Shown: piece by piece, positions 14,755 through 27,799 of the stretch
Layout of the letters: each line of letters begins with the position of its first letter
Position numbering within the stretch: the first letter of the stretch is position 1
NCBI GenBank assembly: GCA_013265495.1
Contig: MU058463.1
Coordinates: forward strand, 806,001-870,000
Direction of reading: 5' to 3'
DNA: 64,000 nt
Source of the DNA: Vicugna vicugna
Lineage: Eukaryota
Made by a program: the position numbers and the translations under genes
Notes under the pieces: model-generated
Told to the model about the DNA's origin: nothing
Seen by the model: only the letters and a program-made list of their open reading frames with translations
Databases searched by the model: none

Positions 14755-16175
14755 TATTATTTTAATTGAAGTATAGTAGATGTACAATATTATGTTAGTT
14801 TCAGGTGTACAACATAGTGATTTGACATTTAAATGCATTACAAAATGATCACAACAAGAAGTCTGGAAACCATATATCACTATACACAATTATTACAATG
14901 TTATTGACCATAATCTTTATGCTGTATATTATATCTCCATGACATTTATCTATTTATGTTGGCTGTGGGTTTTCCATAAATAGCTTTTATTATGTTGCCA
15001 GTATGTTCCCTCTATACCCACTTTGGTGAGAGTTTTTACTATCAGTGGATGTTGAATTTTATCAAATGATTTTTCTGCATCTATTGAGATGATCATGTGA
15101 TTTTTGTCCTTTCTTTTGTTGATGTGGTGTATCACATTGATTGATTTGAATATATTGACCCATCCTTGTGACCCTGAGATGAATCCAATTTGGTTATGGT
15201 ATATGATCTTTTTTATGTGTTGTTGGATTCAGCTTGCTAGTATCTTGTTTATGATTTTTGCACCTATATTCATCAAAGACATTTCTTCTTTTTGGTATTT
15301 TTCTGGTTTTGGTATCAGGGTGATTGTGGCTTCATAGAATGAGTTTGGGAGTATTAGTGCCATGCTGTTTTAATTCCTGTAGCTTCATAGCATAGTTTGA
15401 AATCAAGGAGTATGATATCCCTAATTCTTCTTTCTCAAGATTGTTTCGACTATTTGGGATCTTTTGTATTTTTATACAAATTTTAGGATTATTTGTTCTA
15501 GTTTTGTGAAAAATGTCATTGGTATTTTGATAGCATTTACATTGAATCTATAGATTGCTTTGGCTAGTATGGAAATTTTAACTGTATTGATTCTTCCAGT
15601 CCATCAGCATGGTATATCTTTCCACTTATTTGTGTCATTTTCAATTTCTTTCCTTAATATCCTGTTGTTTTCAGAGTACAAGTCTTTCACCTCTGTGGTT
15701 AAATTTATTCCAGGGTACTTTATTCTTTTTGAGGTTATTTTAAATGTAATTGTTTTCTTAATTTCTCTTTGTGATAGATCACTATTAGTATGTAGAAATG
15801 CAATAGATTTTGTTATATTAATTTTGTATGCTGAAATTGTATTGAATTTATTAGTTCTAATAGTTTTTTTGTTCGTTTGTTTGTTTGTTTAATGTAGTCT
15901 TTATCATTTTCTATAGATGTCATCTGTAACCAGTTACAGTTTTATTTCTTCTTTTCCAACTTAGATGCCAGGAGTAAGGTTCACAGCCAGACTGCATCTC
16001 CACTCCACCTACTTGTCTCAATCTGGCTTTTTCTTTTTATTTAGTTGTGGGAAATCTTTTCTGCTAGTCTTCAGGTTATTCTCAGAGATTATTGTTTTAT
16101 ATGTAGTTATATATTTAGTGTGTCTCTGGGAAGAGGCAAGCCCAGGATCTTCCTACTCCACCGCTTTTCTTGCCT
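14755..16175 (-). mobile_element. Composite L1 (5'UTR start + two ORF2 pieces + 3' end)
   Basis: ORF 14950..15135 [29 protein letters not shown] is L1 ORF2 RT; 15355-15960 is antisense of the ADDM..KTAW region; 15965-16175 resembles an antisense L1 5' end; 14760-14950 is an antisense 3' end. Confidence 0.9.
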
Positions 16176-16509
16176 TTTACTAAATGTATTTGTATAAATT
16201 ATTACGTTGATTAGATGGAGAGATAGTTGTTCAGAAACTATATCAAAATGGAAGAAACAAGTAAATACAGTTATATGAAAAAAACCTGAAAGATAACACT
16301 CAAAGAAATCAGAATTGTCATACAGCATATATTTTATTTAACAAAAACCGTCTGATAGCTTTCAAAATGTTAATGTAGAAACTATAAAAGTTGTGAATAT
16401 ATGATCACAAACACAATAAATTTTAGCAACCAGTTTTGAGACAAATGTTGAAAGACAATTGTCATAAAGAGCAAGTGCAGTCATACTAGGGTATTCCAGC
16501 TAACTATCA

Positions 16510-17150
16510 AATTTTGGCCACCATAGCTTCCTAACCAGTCTCACTGCTTTCATCTAGGTCCTTCTATAGTTTATTCTTAACAAAGCAATAAGGATGTTCT
16601 TTTTTAAAACAAAGAGATATGTTCCTTGACTCCAAACCACTTGGTGGCTTCACAGTTTTCTCGGAATGAAAGTCAAATATCTCTCCATAAGTTACATGGC
16701 TCTGCCTGGTGTTGTGCTAAACCACTTCTCTGATATTACATTAGTCTTCATCCCACTCATTTCACTTCAGGCACACAAGTCATTTGTGTTTATGGAACAA
16801 TCTAGGGATAGTACTGACACAGAGCTTTCCTTCACACTGTTTCCTCTGCCCAAACACTCTTTCCTCAGCTACCCAAATAATTTGCTCCCATATTTCAAAT
16901 CTCTGCTCAGATGGACCATTATCAGTTGATCCATAGTTGTCATTTTCTATTTAACTTTCTTTATTTCTGTTCATTCACATATCACTACTTGATACTCACT
17001 CATTTATACATTTATTCATTCATCCATTCATGTTTATTGTTTTTGCCCCACTCACACTACAGAATAAACTGTGAAAACCAAGGCTAAATATGTTTTGTAT
17101 TCCTAGTAACTGATACATGGAATACTCACAAACATATTTATTAAATGAAA
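16510..17150 (+). mobile_element. L2 3' fragment
   Basis: 'catagcttcctaaccagtctcactgct...' through the terminal 'catatttattaaatgaa', typical of an L2a 3' end. Confidence 0.65.
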
Positions 17151-18526
17151 AATATGCTTTAATTTTTAATTTAGGTTTTTCAGCATGCTTCTTTATAACT
17201 CCATTATACCTTCAACAAGCTATACTATTTCCACACACAGGTTAAGTTAATTTTTTAATGACTTTTAAAACTATAATAGTTATTAAAACCCTTAAATGCT
17301 TTAAATTCTTCTTTTCAATATTACATATTTTAAATACAGAAGACTTATTTTTAATAATTAGCTTATTGATCCAAAATGAAATTTATGAACAGTTCAAGAG
17401 ATAATTCTGTACAATTAAGATACATAAAAATTACTTATATATATACATACTCTTACAGTGAATAAGTCTGTTCTTCACTTCTTGTAATATTTGAATTCTA
17501 ACAACATTATTTTAAAGTAAGTTGTGGTTAGTGCAATTTCCCAATGAATCTATTGTCTAGTTTGAATGCAAGTCTGATAAAGAGCCATTATTCTTATTTT
17601 ATTTGATAAATTAAAATATAGCAATAAATGACCTTTATTGCAAGTAATCAACTTCCATGAATAAATATAACTAATGTACAAATATTTCTTATGCTTTCAA
17701 AAATACTAATATGTTTAAGTAAAAAATTTGATAATAAAAATAAATTCTAGAGATTTATATAAGATTTATCACTTTTTTCTTCACTCAGTTAAAATAACCA
17801 GTGCTCTACTGGGTAACAGAACTCGGCTATGCACTTAAAGTAATATATGAAGATGGGGCATTACAACAAGGTGAAAGTGTTTTGTGCTTTGACCTGCAAA
17901 AAACAGCCGTTTCTTGGAGGAGAAATAGATAAAAGTAAGTAGTTTCAAAATTAGGGTAAGTACCAAAATAGAAAAACAATGTTTAAAGTGCTGACAAGAC
18001 AAAGCAAGTAACAGCTCAAAGAAATAGGGGAGATACCAACTAAAGATAACATTTACCCTAGTAACATTTATTAATGTTAATATTACTAAAGGTAACGTTT
18101 CCAGGGGGATGGAAAATATTTACCATGTAGAAGCCTTTGGTTTGAAGGATGTGGAAACAATACTTCATAAAGAAAATGCCTAAAGAAACTTAATAAAATA
18201 TTCATAGCTTCAATGATACCTCAATACCAAATTGTAAAGTATCAATGTTTAAAAGCCTAAGTAAACAAATGAAATGCTCTTTTTTTTTTTCTCTTTTACA
18301 AGCTCCTTATTCTCAAGTCATTTAAACCCAAGAGATACAATAAGGACTACAATGTTTGTACAATAGTCACATGCTGATTTTAAAATAGTTTGTAAATAAT
18401 TTTTCAGCTGCACATATATATATGGCTAATATTTGCGAGATTGGCAAACTCTTTTTTCATCTTTACAATTTCATTGCTAAAAATTCAGTAGTGTTTTTAT
18501 AAATGAAATAAACATTTCGGACTTAC

Positions 18527-19401
18527 CCTCATGAGTAAAGATTTTTTTCCACCTGAAACAATTAGGATTTGCTTCTGTAGATCACGCTGAGTCTGGCAGT
18601 AAAGCCAGTGCTACAGCTGCACTCACTTTGGTGAATTACTTTTTAATTACCAACAGTTCTTTTCATTTGACTTCGATGACCAGGCAAGCATCTGGGAATT
18701 TTTTAAAAAGTGGTCTTTCCAACATAAGATCTTTCTTAGCTGTACAAATCCCTTTTTTGTTATTGTTATTTTTAACAGAAATAGTGCCATCATTTTTTTC
18801 TTTCAATGCCGCTAAATAAAATTAGGCAGGATTCCATAGCAACACTCAATACAGGAAAATCTAAACAAATAAGGTCAAAGTCTAGTAATTGAGTCAGTAA
18901 GGCTGAGCTCTCTCCCCGGTGGAATTTTAAAACTACAACGTCGATTGGCACAACCTGTTTTAGAAAAGAATATTTTGCATCTGAGTTATTTCTGTCATGC
19001 AGGGCTGAGTTACCTTTCAGGGTTATAACATTTCCACTGCCTTCAACTTCTTCCATAAAGCTGAGAAATAATTTCCCTGGATAATCCACAAGGCTGGAAA
19101 CGTCTCTCCTTTTTTGCAACCATGCTGACCAATCTGAAAAGATAAGAGCTTCAAAAGAGGGCTTTTTCAATCTCAGAATTAGAGGCGAAAAGCCAGTCCC
19201 ACAGAGAGGTTTTAACATTTCAGATACTCTTCTCATAGAAGAACCTTGCACTGTGTCTGTTGGTTAGTTCCCAGATCACACTGTTATGGGAGATTGCATT
19301 TTCCTTCTGTTACAAAAGGAGGGCCAGTATGTTCAGCATCTACCAGTGCTACTCCCTTCTTCTTCATCTACCTTAAGACTGCACTTTAAAACAACACCTT
19401 T
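18527..19401 (-). pseudogene. Decayed large coding exon of an unidentified gene
   Basis: Minus-strand acceptor GATTTCTTTTAG (AG at 19403-19402) and donor AGG|GTAAGT (18526-18521); contains the longest ORF of the window (153 aa, 18790..19251) in sequence with no recognisable repeat; stops and frameshifts on both sides. Confidence 0.55.
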
Positions 19402-19673
19402 CTAAAAGAAATCATGCCTTTCTCTTCAGTATTTTTAAAATATTATATCTGGTAACATAACAAATAGTATTTTCTTTAGTTTAATAGTTAAGAAGCAGCA
19501 GCACCATTTAATGTTTCAAACTCAAGTGAAAGTATTTACCACTCAAAAATGAGTTATTGAATGTTGACTTTTGGCCTCCAACTACCCTCAACAATGGAAA
19601 TTCAAAATTGTATGAATTGGGAAATGTCTCAGAACCCATGGACCCTACATTCTAGAGGAAAGGAATGGAAGCT

Positions 19674-19676
<3 letters not shown>

Positions 19677-19743
<67 letters not shown>
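19677..19743. repeat. (AG)n(AAAG)n compound microsatellite
   Basis: Direct reading. Confidence 0.95.
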
Positions 19744-19744
<1 letters not shown>

Positions 19745-19859
19745 GTCGGTCTTTGGAGACGTGTAATCAGAACAAGAGACATAAGTTAGGATTTAAAGCA
19801 AGGATATTCCAGAAAACCACTAATAATTAAATTTTGTGTATTCAGAGAAGCTTAAAGCC

Positions 19860-20720
19860 AGCCAAGAAGGCAGGGGTAGGTCATGATGGGTATTGTAGGC
19901 AAGGGCTAAGAATTTGATGTTTCTTTTAAGGGCAATGGAAAATCATTCAGTAACTGTATATTGGAGAATAAAATGATATTATTTTTATTTTAATAAAATC
20001 AATGTGACTACAGAGCAAGGATGGAGTCAGGAAGGTCATATACATTTTTAATATTCACTAAGAGATGGTATTAGATTGATTTAGATTGGTTGGATTAGGA
20101 TAGTAGAAATGGTTTTGAAGTGGACAGAAATTTGTTTTTTTCTTTGAAAGTAAAGTGATCAAAGTTAGCTTATGCTTTGATTAGCTGAATGTAGGAGGGT
20201 CAGTTGGAATTCTAGTTTTGCCTTTACTAGTTATCTGGATAGTAACACAATTTACTGAGACAGAAAATGCTTAGATGGGTACAGATTTGAATTAAAGTAG
20301 GGGTTGGTTGCCTTTCGAACAAATTAATGTTATGATGGCTACTAGATTTGAAAGTGAAAATATTAACTAGTATTAGAAAATTTTGACTTGAATTCACAAG
20401 TGAGGTCAGACCTGTACATTTAAATTTGGGAGTCATTAATATGTGAATGATATTTAAATGGTAATACCTGATGAATTCATTTTGGACAAGTTGGAGAAAA
20501 TAAGGGGTTAATAAGAATCCCAAATACACTTTGATCCAATAGAGCAGGATCCAGCAAAGAAGACTGGGAAGTAACAGCCAATGACATAGATGTGAATTCC
20601 TGGAAGCAAAGAGTAGGAACATTTGATGAGAGTGAATGGTACCGAGAGTTAAATGCTGCTGCTAAGATAAAAAAAAATTAGTTAAGTGACTTTTGGATCT
20701 GGCAAACAGTAGTTAAATGA
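19860..20720 (-). mobile_element. L2 fragment
   Basis: 'atttgggagtcattaatatgtgaatgatatttaaa', 'ccagcaaagaagactgggaag' and 'gttaaatgctgct' are typical L2 body sequence. Confidence 0.65.
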
Positions 20721-20884
20721 TGGGGCTATTTTGTGATTTTTTTCTTTGTTTTATTTTTGTTTTGGGGGAGAAAAATAGAAATAGGGAAGGAAGGCACTAG
20801 AGAGAAATGTTGATGCCACACTTTTTACAATGATCTTTGATGAATACTGTGTAAAATTAAACATAACCTGAAGTTTTCACTTAC

Positions 20885-21404
20885 GAGACAACACCTTCAA
20901 TAGATATCAAAATCACAATGAAATATGCGTCATCATAACCATTCTTAAGTATTACTCAGAGCCGTAAAGTAAAAGCGTAGTCATCAGTGTGGAAACAGTT
21001 TTGTACTAGTTCCTTCAGAGTAGCTGTACTATATTATGATTCAACAGTGTTTATTGAGCATCAGCCCAGTTCAGTGTTGAAAATTCTGAAAAATATTCAA
21101 AATATTGGAGCTATGATCTGTATTTTCACTAACTTATTTCTATTTATGGTACTGCATTTTATTAAATTATCAGATTTAACACTGCAATTTCCACTACCCA
21201 TAAAGGACACCAAAGTTCTAAGCATAGAATTTGTCTTCTCCCTAAATATCATAGGTTTTAAGTCCAATGAACGTCTTGTACCACGACTCCATCTTAGCCA
21301 TGCTCTATCTCCAGAGAGCCTCACCTGTGGAAATGTTCTCAAAAGTAATAGCATTGGTTTTGCAATGACCACACTATGGCTTTGTTATTTGTTATTTGTT
21401 ACAT
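20885..21404 (-). pseudogene. Decayed exon encoding C-type lectin-like domain(s)
   Basis: Acceptor CCTTCTTTACTTTTAG (AG at 21406-21405) and donor TC|GTAAGT (20884-20879); frameshifted motifs in order QNQCYYF (21342-21362), WL/DGVVVQDVHW (21264-21300), LCLEL, LWVVE/NCSVKSD..IKC (~21160-21203), then STLNWADAQ/KHC (21054-21074). Confidence 0.6.
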
Positions 21405-21977
21405 CTAAAAGTAAAGAAGGGTTTTCACACTTATTCTGAAATAAATTTCGTTTCCTGCAGAGTTAAGTAAGTCTATTTTATTATATTTTCTTCTCAACAC
21501 CTGCAGGGCATGTCAGATGAGGATATTTCTAGCATTAAGTTCAAGTGGATTTTTCCTGTCTCTCCATTAATTTATCTAAATCATAATATATACAGATTTG
21601 TTTTATATTTGAAATATGCTTTTCTTATACATTTGTGTTTGTTCCTGATTTTTTTCCTACTTATTTTGCCATTTTATTGTTGGGAGAAGAAATAAATTTC
21701 TTCGTTTCCTAATTCTTAGCATCTTCCACCTTTTCTCTATTCTAACTGAAGCTTGGGATCCCTTCTGTTCTAGTGAAGATCATTCATTCTATCTTTCAGT
21801 ATGGAATATTTGCCTCCTGTTGGGACCATGTATCTTCCCCCTGAAATTTAAGTTGCTATATATATGTATTATTTTTTCATACTGTCTTTATTTAATCTTA
21901 CTTTTTTTTTAAACTGCCTGTCATACTATAGAGTATATGGTATCCTGAACACCCCATCCACTCCTTATACACAAACA

Positions 21978-21978
<1 letters not shown>

Positions 21979-22011
<33 letters not shown>
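21979..22011. repeat. (CA)n microsatellite
   Basis: Direct reading. Confidence 0.95.
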
Positions 22012-22012
<1 letters not shown>

Positions 22013-25000
22013 TCCTGTCTCCTGGAACTCACAATGTTGCTCTTATCTGGGCAGAATGCTCATTATATTCCAGAAAAGCTGTCATCCTGCAAATCCCCAC
22101 TGCATCCAGTATTAGAGACATTGTTTTCTTTTTCTCATATCTTCCTGCCCTTAATTTTATCCTCCGTTATCTATGTACATTAACCCTAATGGATTTTTAA
22201 GAATAGATATATTGAAATTAAACTTCCAAATCCTTTCAAATGTGAAATATATATTTATTTAGGCTATCAGTATCATTGATGAGAAATTTACTGTCATTCA
22301 AATTCTTGCAACTTTGTATTTTACTCATTGTCTCCATGAAAAACAAATTTAGGCTATGCATATTTCTTGGCTGTTCTAGTATTTCACAATGATTTTTCTA
22401 GGTGTAGATCATTTTACTTACTCTTTTTGACAACTGCTAAATCGCTCAATTTCAAAACTTTTGTCCTTTTAAAGGTCTCGGAATATTTTTATTACTTCGG
22501 AAAATTTTTCCATCTTTTTGTTTCCTTACTCGCACTTTTTAGAACATTTTTTTTCAAAGTATTGAATGGATGGACTCTTTATCTTATGGTTTTTTTTGTA
22601 CATGGTAAGCACTTAATATTTTGAATTAATGTTTGTATCATTTTGTCATTTTCTTAGGTATTTCCTTGACATAATATAGCCCTTTCATTGATTTTTAAAA
22701 TTTTTTTCTGATGGCCATAGAATATGGCAACTTGATTTTCTAAAATTGATTCAATCTTCTTCAGAAGTTTCTTCTAGATAGTTAAGAATAGGTGAGGAAG
22801 GGAGTCAAAGGTGTAGGACATAAAAATGTTCAATTTTAAAATAGCCACCTTTAAATTTTTATTTTTCATTAAAACACTAAATGCTCAATTCTAAAGCATT
22901 CACCTTCCAATGCTTGTTTTCTCATTTCATTGGTTAAATTCTATTCTGGGCTGGTTCTATCATTCTCTTTCTCTTTTCCTTACCCCACGTGGTGCGTGGG
23001 CATAGAGATGTGTGCGGAATGGGCCTGCATCTTCTCACACCAGCCAGTGCAAGTGGCCTGTAGAGCAGCATGCATCTTCTAGGTCCTCATTTTTCTCCAT
23101 TGTGATGGGGGAAGGACAGGTATGAGTAGTCTGTTCCCCTCGTTTGGGGTCTGCCAATGATATAACCTCCTCGTTTTTTATCCTAGTGTGACTATGTGTA
23201 TCTCTCTCCCTGATGGTCTCCCTCTTTGGCTTCTGCTTCTCTGACTCTAACCCTTGTACCTCCCCTAATAATCTTTCTAATTATATGTTGTATAATTCTT
23301 TTTATACATTGTTGGAGTCAGCTAGCTAGTTTTTTTTGAGCGAAATGAGTTTTTAAAGAGCATATGACTCTCATTTTATTTTTCTCTATCAATCATAGCT
23401 CCAGTTACAGTATCTCTGTGCCCAGAAATAACATCCCTACCTCTCATAAGGAGCCCAAGACCAGCTTCTAGAAAAGGACATAAAAATTAGTTTCATTCTA
23501 CTGTCTACAAGGAGACTATTTGCATCTACATTGTAATATGGGAAACAGTGTAGAAATACTGAAATAGAATAGACTTAGAAATCATTTATTCAGATGATAA
23601 TTCTACTTAATCATAATAGTTCTTTGATATAAATTTAGTACCAAAAACCATTGTGAAAGTGTAAAGGAAACCATTCACAAGATTAGTTTTAGGCTAAGAG
23701 TGTAGTGAGATCCCCTGTATTTACTGATTGAGAAAAATACATATTTTATGCTTGATCACTAGCAACGCATTTTTTTATTTTAGAAATTAAGATTTACAGA
23801 TTAAAAAGCATGATTTGCTAGCTGATTTTAGGACATTGTATTGTGTGAAGGGTAATAATCCATGACATACCTGTGTGATGTACTGCCAGTTTCACGTCAG
23901 CTATATGAAAGTGAAACTGTTTACAAGTTGAATGATTCCCTTCAAGTTCAAGCTGTCAAACTGTGAATGCCACAGGAGGCTTCTTGGCATACAGACTTAT
24001 TCCACCTGTTCTTAGATGAAACATAAATGTGAACCATAGGAGATGGGATTTTCAGTGCTAAACAAAAGGCATTTACTTTATAACTTTGTATGGGAAAACT
24101 ACCAGTGTGCCCAATTAGCTGTTGAATACTTTAAATATTTCCCTTTACCAATCTGAGACTTTTGCCTAGATTTCTCTACCAAAAAAAAAAAAAAAACCAA
24201 AAAAGCAAAAAATAAAAAACAACCAAAATAGCAAAAAATTTGGTTGTTTAATTTACATATTCAAGATAGTGAATGTAATAGAAAAATTGAGGCAATAATA
24301 TTGGAAATTCAAGTTCAAGAAAATGCTATTGGGTTTAATCTTGTTTAGCTTTTTTAAGTTTAATTTAATTGATTGGAATTTTTGGATTCCGATGCATTTT
24401 TGTTTATCCAAAGAAGCAGGTTTAAAAGGAAATAGCTGAGTAGAACCATGGCAGCCTAAAAGAATTCATTCATTCTTTTCATATATATTATTTATAAGTA
24501 AGGGTCATATAAGAAGTGGTAAACATGAGTTGTAAGCTACCTGAAATTATTAATGTAAGACCCAAAACATTCAGCACTGAGCACCTTTTCTTAAACCGTT
24601 CCATCTCCTCCATCAGTTTACTAAAGGAACTGCCTTGTTAGTATAATTGATTAGACCAAGGGTGGTACTTAACTGGATTCAGAACTTGGAAGTAGATTAA
24701 TATTGAAAGTAGTATTTTTCACTTGAAAAAGAAACTAAAGATAAAACTTGGAGTTTGGGGTATCTCTCTTGACGCAGGTATAAAGCAAATCTTACAACCA
24801 AAGAAGAAACTTCTCTAAACAAACAAGAAAAATCTTTAGGAAGAAGTCATGGTAGCAGACAGGTCATGGTTTTTGAGACATGCCTCCCTTTCTCCAGTTT
24901 GCTTGTGAAAATTTTTCTTGGAGTCTGGGATTTACTCTAAACTACTTTATTTCTTAAGCTACTTTAAGAAGGATTTCTATCACTTGCAACCAAGACTACT

Positions 25001-27289
25001 AATATATTTAAGTTTAATCGACTCTAATTTTTCTTTGTTTCAATAATAAATGATCCTTAAAATTGAGATGCATTTGTTACTATCAAAATAGTAAATTTGT
25101 ACTTAGAACATAAATAACTCTCTTTAAATATACACTTTAAAATATTAGTATTCTTAATAAATAAAGATAAATCTTTAAGGACCAAACAAAGTGAAAGAAC
25201 AGTCAACACCCAAGTATTATTAGGCTACAGAATAATTTTTTTAAAAATAAGATAGCTTAATTGTATAAAAACATTAACTTTTTCTTTCAACTTGGATGTT
25301 TTAAAGAAGCTATGCCCAAATATTTGGTGTAAAAATCCTGTGATTAATAGCATTTTACTACTGGAACTCATTCTCAGGATAAACACTTTAATCATTAATT
25401 GCAAGATTTTGGAAACATTTGGAAATAAAATGAAATGTTTAATCATCTAAGGTTTTTTTTTAATGATGATAAAATAAAAGAAGTAGATTCAGTTGTTAAT
25501 TAATACTTACAACAGAGTATGGCAAAAGGTACTTTCAAAAACCTGTAATTAACTTTCCTGTGTTTTTAGGGTATTGTTGCATGCTCTAAATGATATGATG
25601 CTAAATTTAGGGACTGAAAACAATACCCAACTATCTAAATAACTCCTGGAATAAATTTGTAAATGTAATAGTAGTTTTTTTGAGTTTTCCCACAAGCCCA
25701 GCAAACTTTCCTCACTTTTCTGGTAATGTAACACCAAATTTATTTTAAGTTACCATTTCCAATTCTCTTTCCATATTTTTCAGGAGAAGTCAGTTTCACT
25801 TGTAGTTTCAGGGATAGGAATATGGCCCAGTATTAGTGACTCAGAATAACTGTCCACAAAATAGGTTATGTAACCCAATCAGAGTCTATGAGACAACATC
25901 TCTAGACTTTCCTTAGTCTATGTATAGAGGCAACAGACTACTTTCACATGAGCTTCTAGTCTGAAGAACATCATCAGGAACTGCAACGGTGTTGCTTCAT
26001 GCTGATACTGCACAGTGACACCTTCTTTGATGACTATACCAGCCTTAAAATCAAAAGAGAGGGTCCTGGGGACATATTGGGAAATCTAGGTCCAGTTTCA
26101 CTAAACTCTGTATTTTGAGTAGTGTAACTTCAGGTCCCATTTTACTTAAAGAAGTTTATATTAGATTTTTCCTTCCACTTGTATTTCCTTCCAAATAATA
26201 TGTTGGAAACCTGAGACCTCAAAAACAATGTAGAATCTAAGAGATAAACATAAAATCATGAGCTAAGTTACCATTTAGGGTATTGGTCTCTCCCTTCTTT
26301 TTTTTTCCCTTTTGTCTGTTCCTGCTTCCAAAGGATTATAGTATAGACTCCCCCAAATCATATGTGTATAAAATAGCCTACCTCCTCAATAGTACATGTT
26401 GTATCTCCAAAGGAAATATGGCCCAAGCTGATCCAAACAGATTCAAATTCAGGAAAAACTGAATATAATATTAGGAGATTTCAGACTATTTTCTGCTTGC
26501 AATAGAGCTTAAAGAAAGATGAGCAGGAAGTGAAGAAAATATATAGAAATGTATGTAGCCTTATAATGAATTTATTTTCCCTCTTTTAACATATGTACAT
26601 GGACTCAGTTTGTTGCTTGATACCATATTGTCCTGCCAAATATATTAACCAACTTCAAAGTGATCTCCATTACTTTTGAGGCTATGTTGGAAGCAGAAAC
26701 TGTAGGACGTGGAGGGTCTGTTTGTTATTCTATAGATGATGACACATAGCTTCCCAGTTTATTTTCTCTGTCTTCCTGCCTTACTCTCTTCCTTTGCTTT
26801 CTCATCTTAAACACCTTTTCCCTGCTGTGTTTATTCTATAATCTGCCAGCAGCTTCAGAGGAAGCTAGAATAAAAATAAAAATTTTATAGTGTAGTAATT
26901 AGAGTAACAGGTAGAAAGATCAGTGAATACATGGCTCAGTGCTAAATTCTTGCAGATGTTTCTGGCTGAATCCTTGCCAACTGAATTTGAAAGCAGTGTA
27001 TGACTATTTCAGGAGGCTTCCAGACAATCAGCTCTTCCTTTCTGCACTTTCAAGTCCAAGATACTTGCAAGCAACATAATAAAATAACTTATATCTCTTC
27101 AGTTTGTTGAGCTGGAGACAACGTTCTAAAACTGGGTGACTTTTTCAAATCTCATTTTGAAACTTCTTCAAAAGCATGATTGTGTTATTATTATGAGCAA
27201 ATGTAGCCTTTAAATCATAATTATCTGAGTTTCAAACATCTGTTGATAATTAGTACTCTTATTCATACAAAATTATTTTTAGTCCAAAA

Positions 27290-27465
27290 TTGTCCCAGGC
27301 ATTTTGGATTGTGAGATTATCTAGGGACTTAGATAAAAGTACAGATATTCTTAGACCCATCCTAACACTATTACACCAGAATCTACAATGGAGGGTCTTG
27401 TATTCATAATTTCATAAGGCTCCCAAGTAATTCTTATGCACAGGCAAATTTGTGAAACATTGATT
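27290..27465. mobile_element. MER5-like hAT non-autonomous DNA transposon
   Basis: 'gattatctagggacttagataaaagtacagatattcttagacccatcc...ctcccaagtaattcttatgcaca...tttgtgaaaca'. Confidence 0.6.
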
Positions 27466-27799
27466 TGGTCTTGATAAACATTTAAAGCCACAGTGATCCT
27501 GCTTCTACTCTAACTTCTATACCTGATTAGTAATCAAAAGTACCTCTGATCTTTGGTGAATCTGTTCCTCAATCTACTCCAGAACCTGTATGTTCTGTCT
27601 CTGTCCTTCATATATATTCTTGTTCCTAGAATTATGCTCCTTTCCCCATATTTTAGTTTCCTTGATACATAACATGCAGTTATATTGTGAAATTACTTTT
27701 TGTTTGTATAGGATGCATAAAGGGAGACAAAAATCAGTTTTCAACACTCACATATTACCATTTATTTAGTTTTTCAGCAACTCATATGCTTTTTCCTCT

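Noticed and set aside
15104..16183. Hydrophobic plus-strand ORFs
   Set aside because: Antisense translations of L1 sequence.
18527..21404. Assignment of the fossil exons to EYS, MRC1 or PKD1L-type genes
   Set aside because: Translated fragments did not match the EYS and MRC1 sequences as I recall them, I had no basis to assign PKD1L, and exon sizes differ; no gene symbol given.
20987..21439. 150-aa plus-strand ORF
   Set aside because: No recognisable protein; it is antisense to the lectin-like exon, whose motifs and splice sites are on the minus strand.
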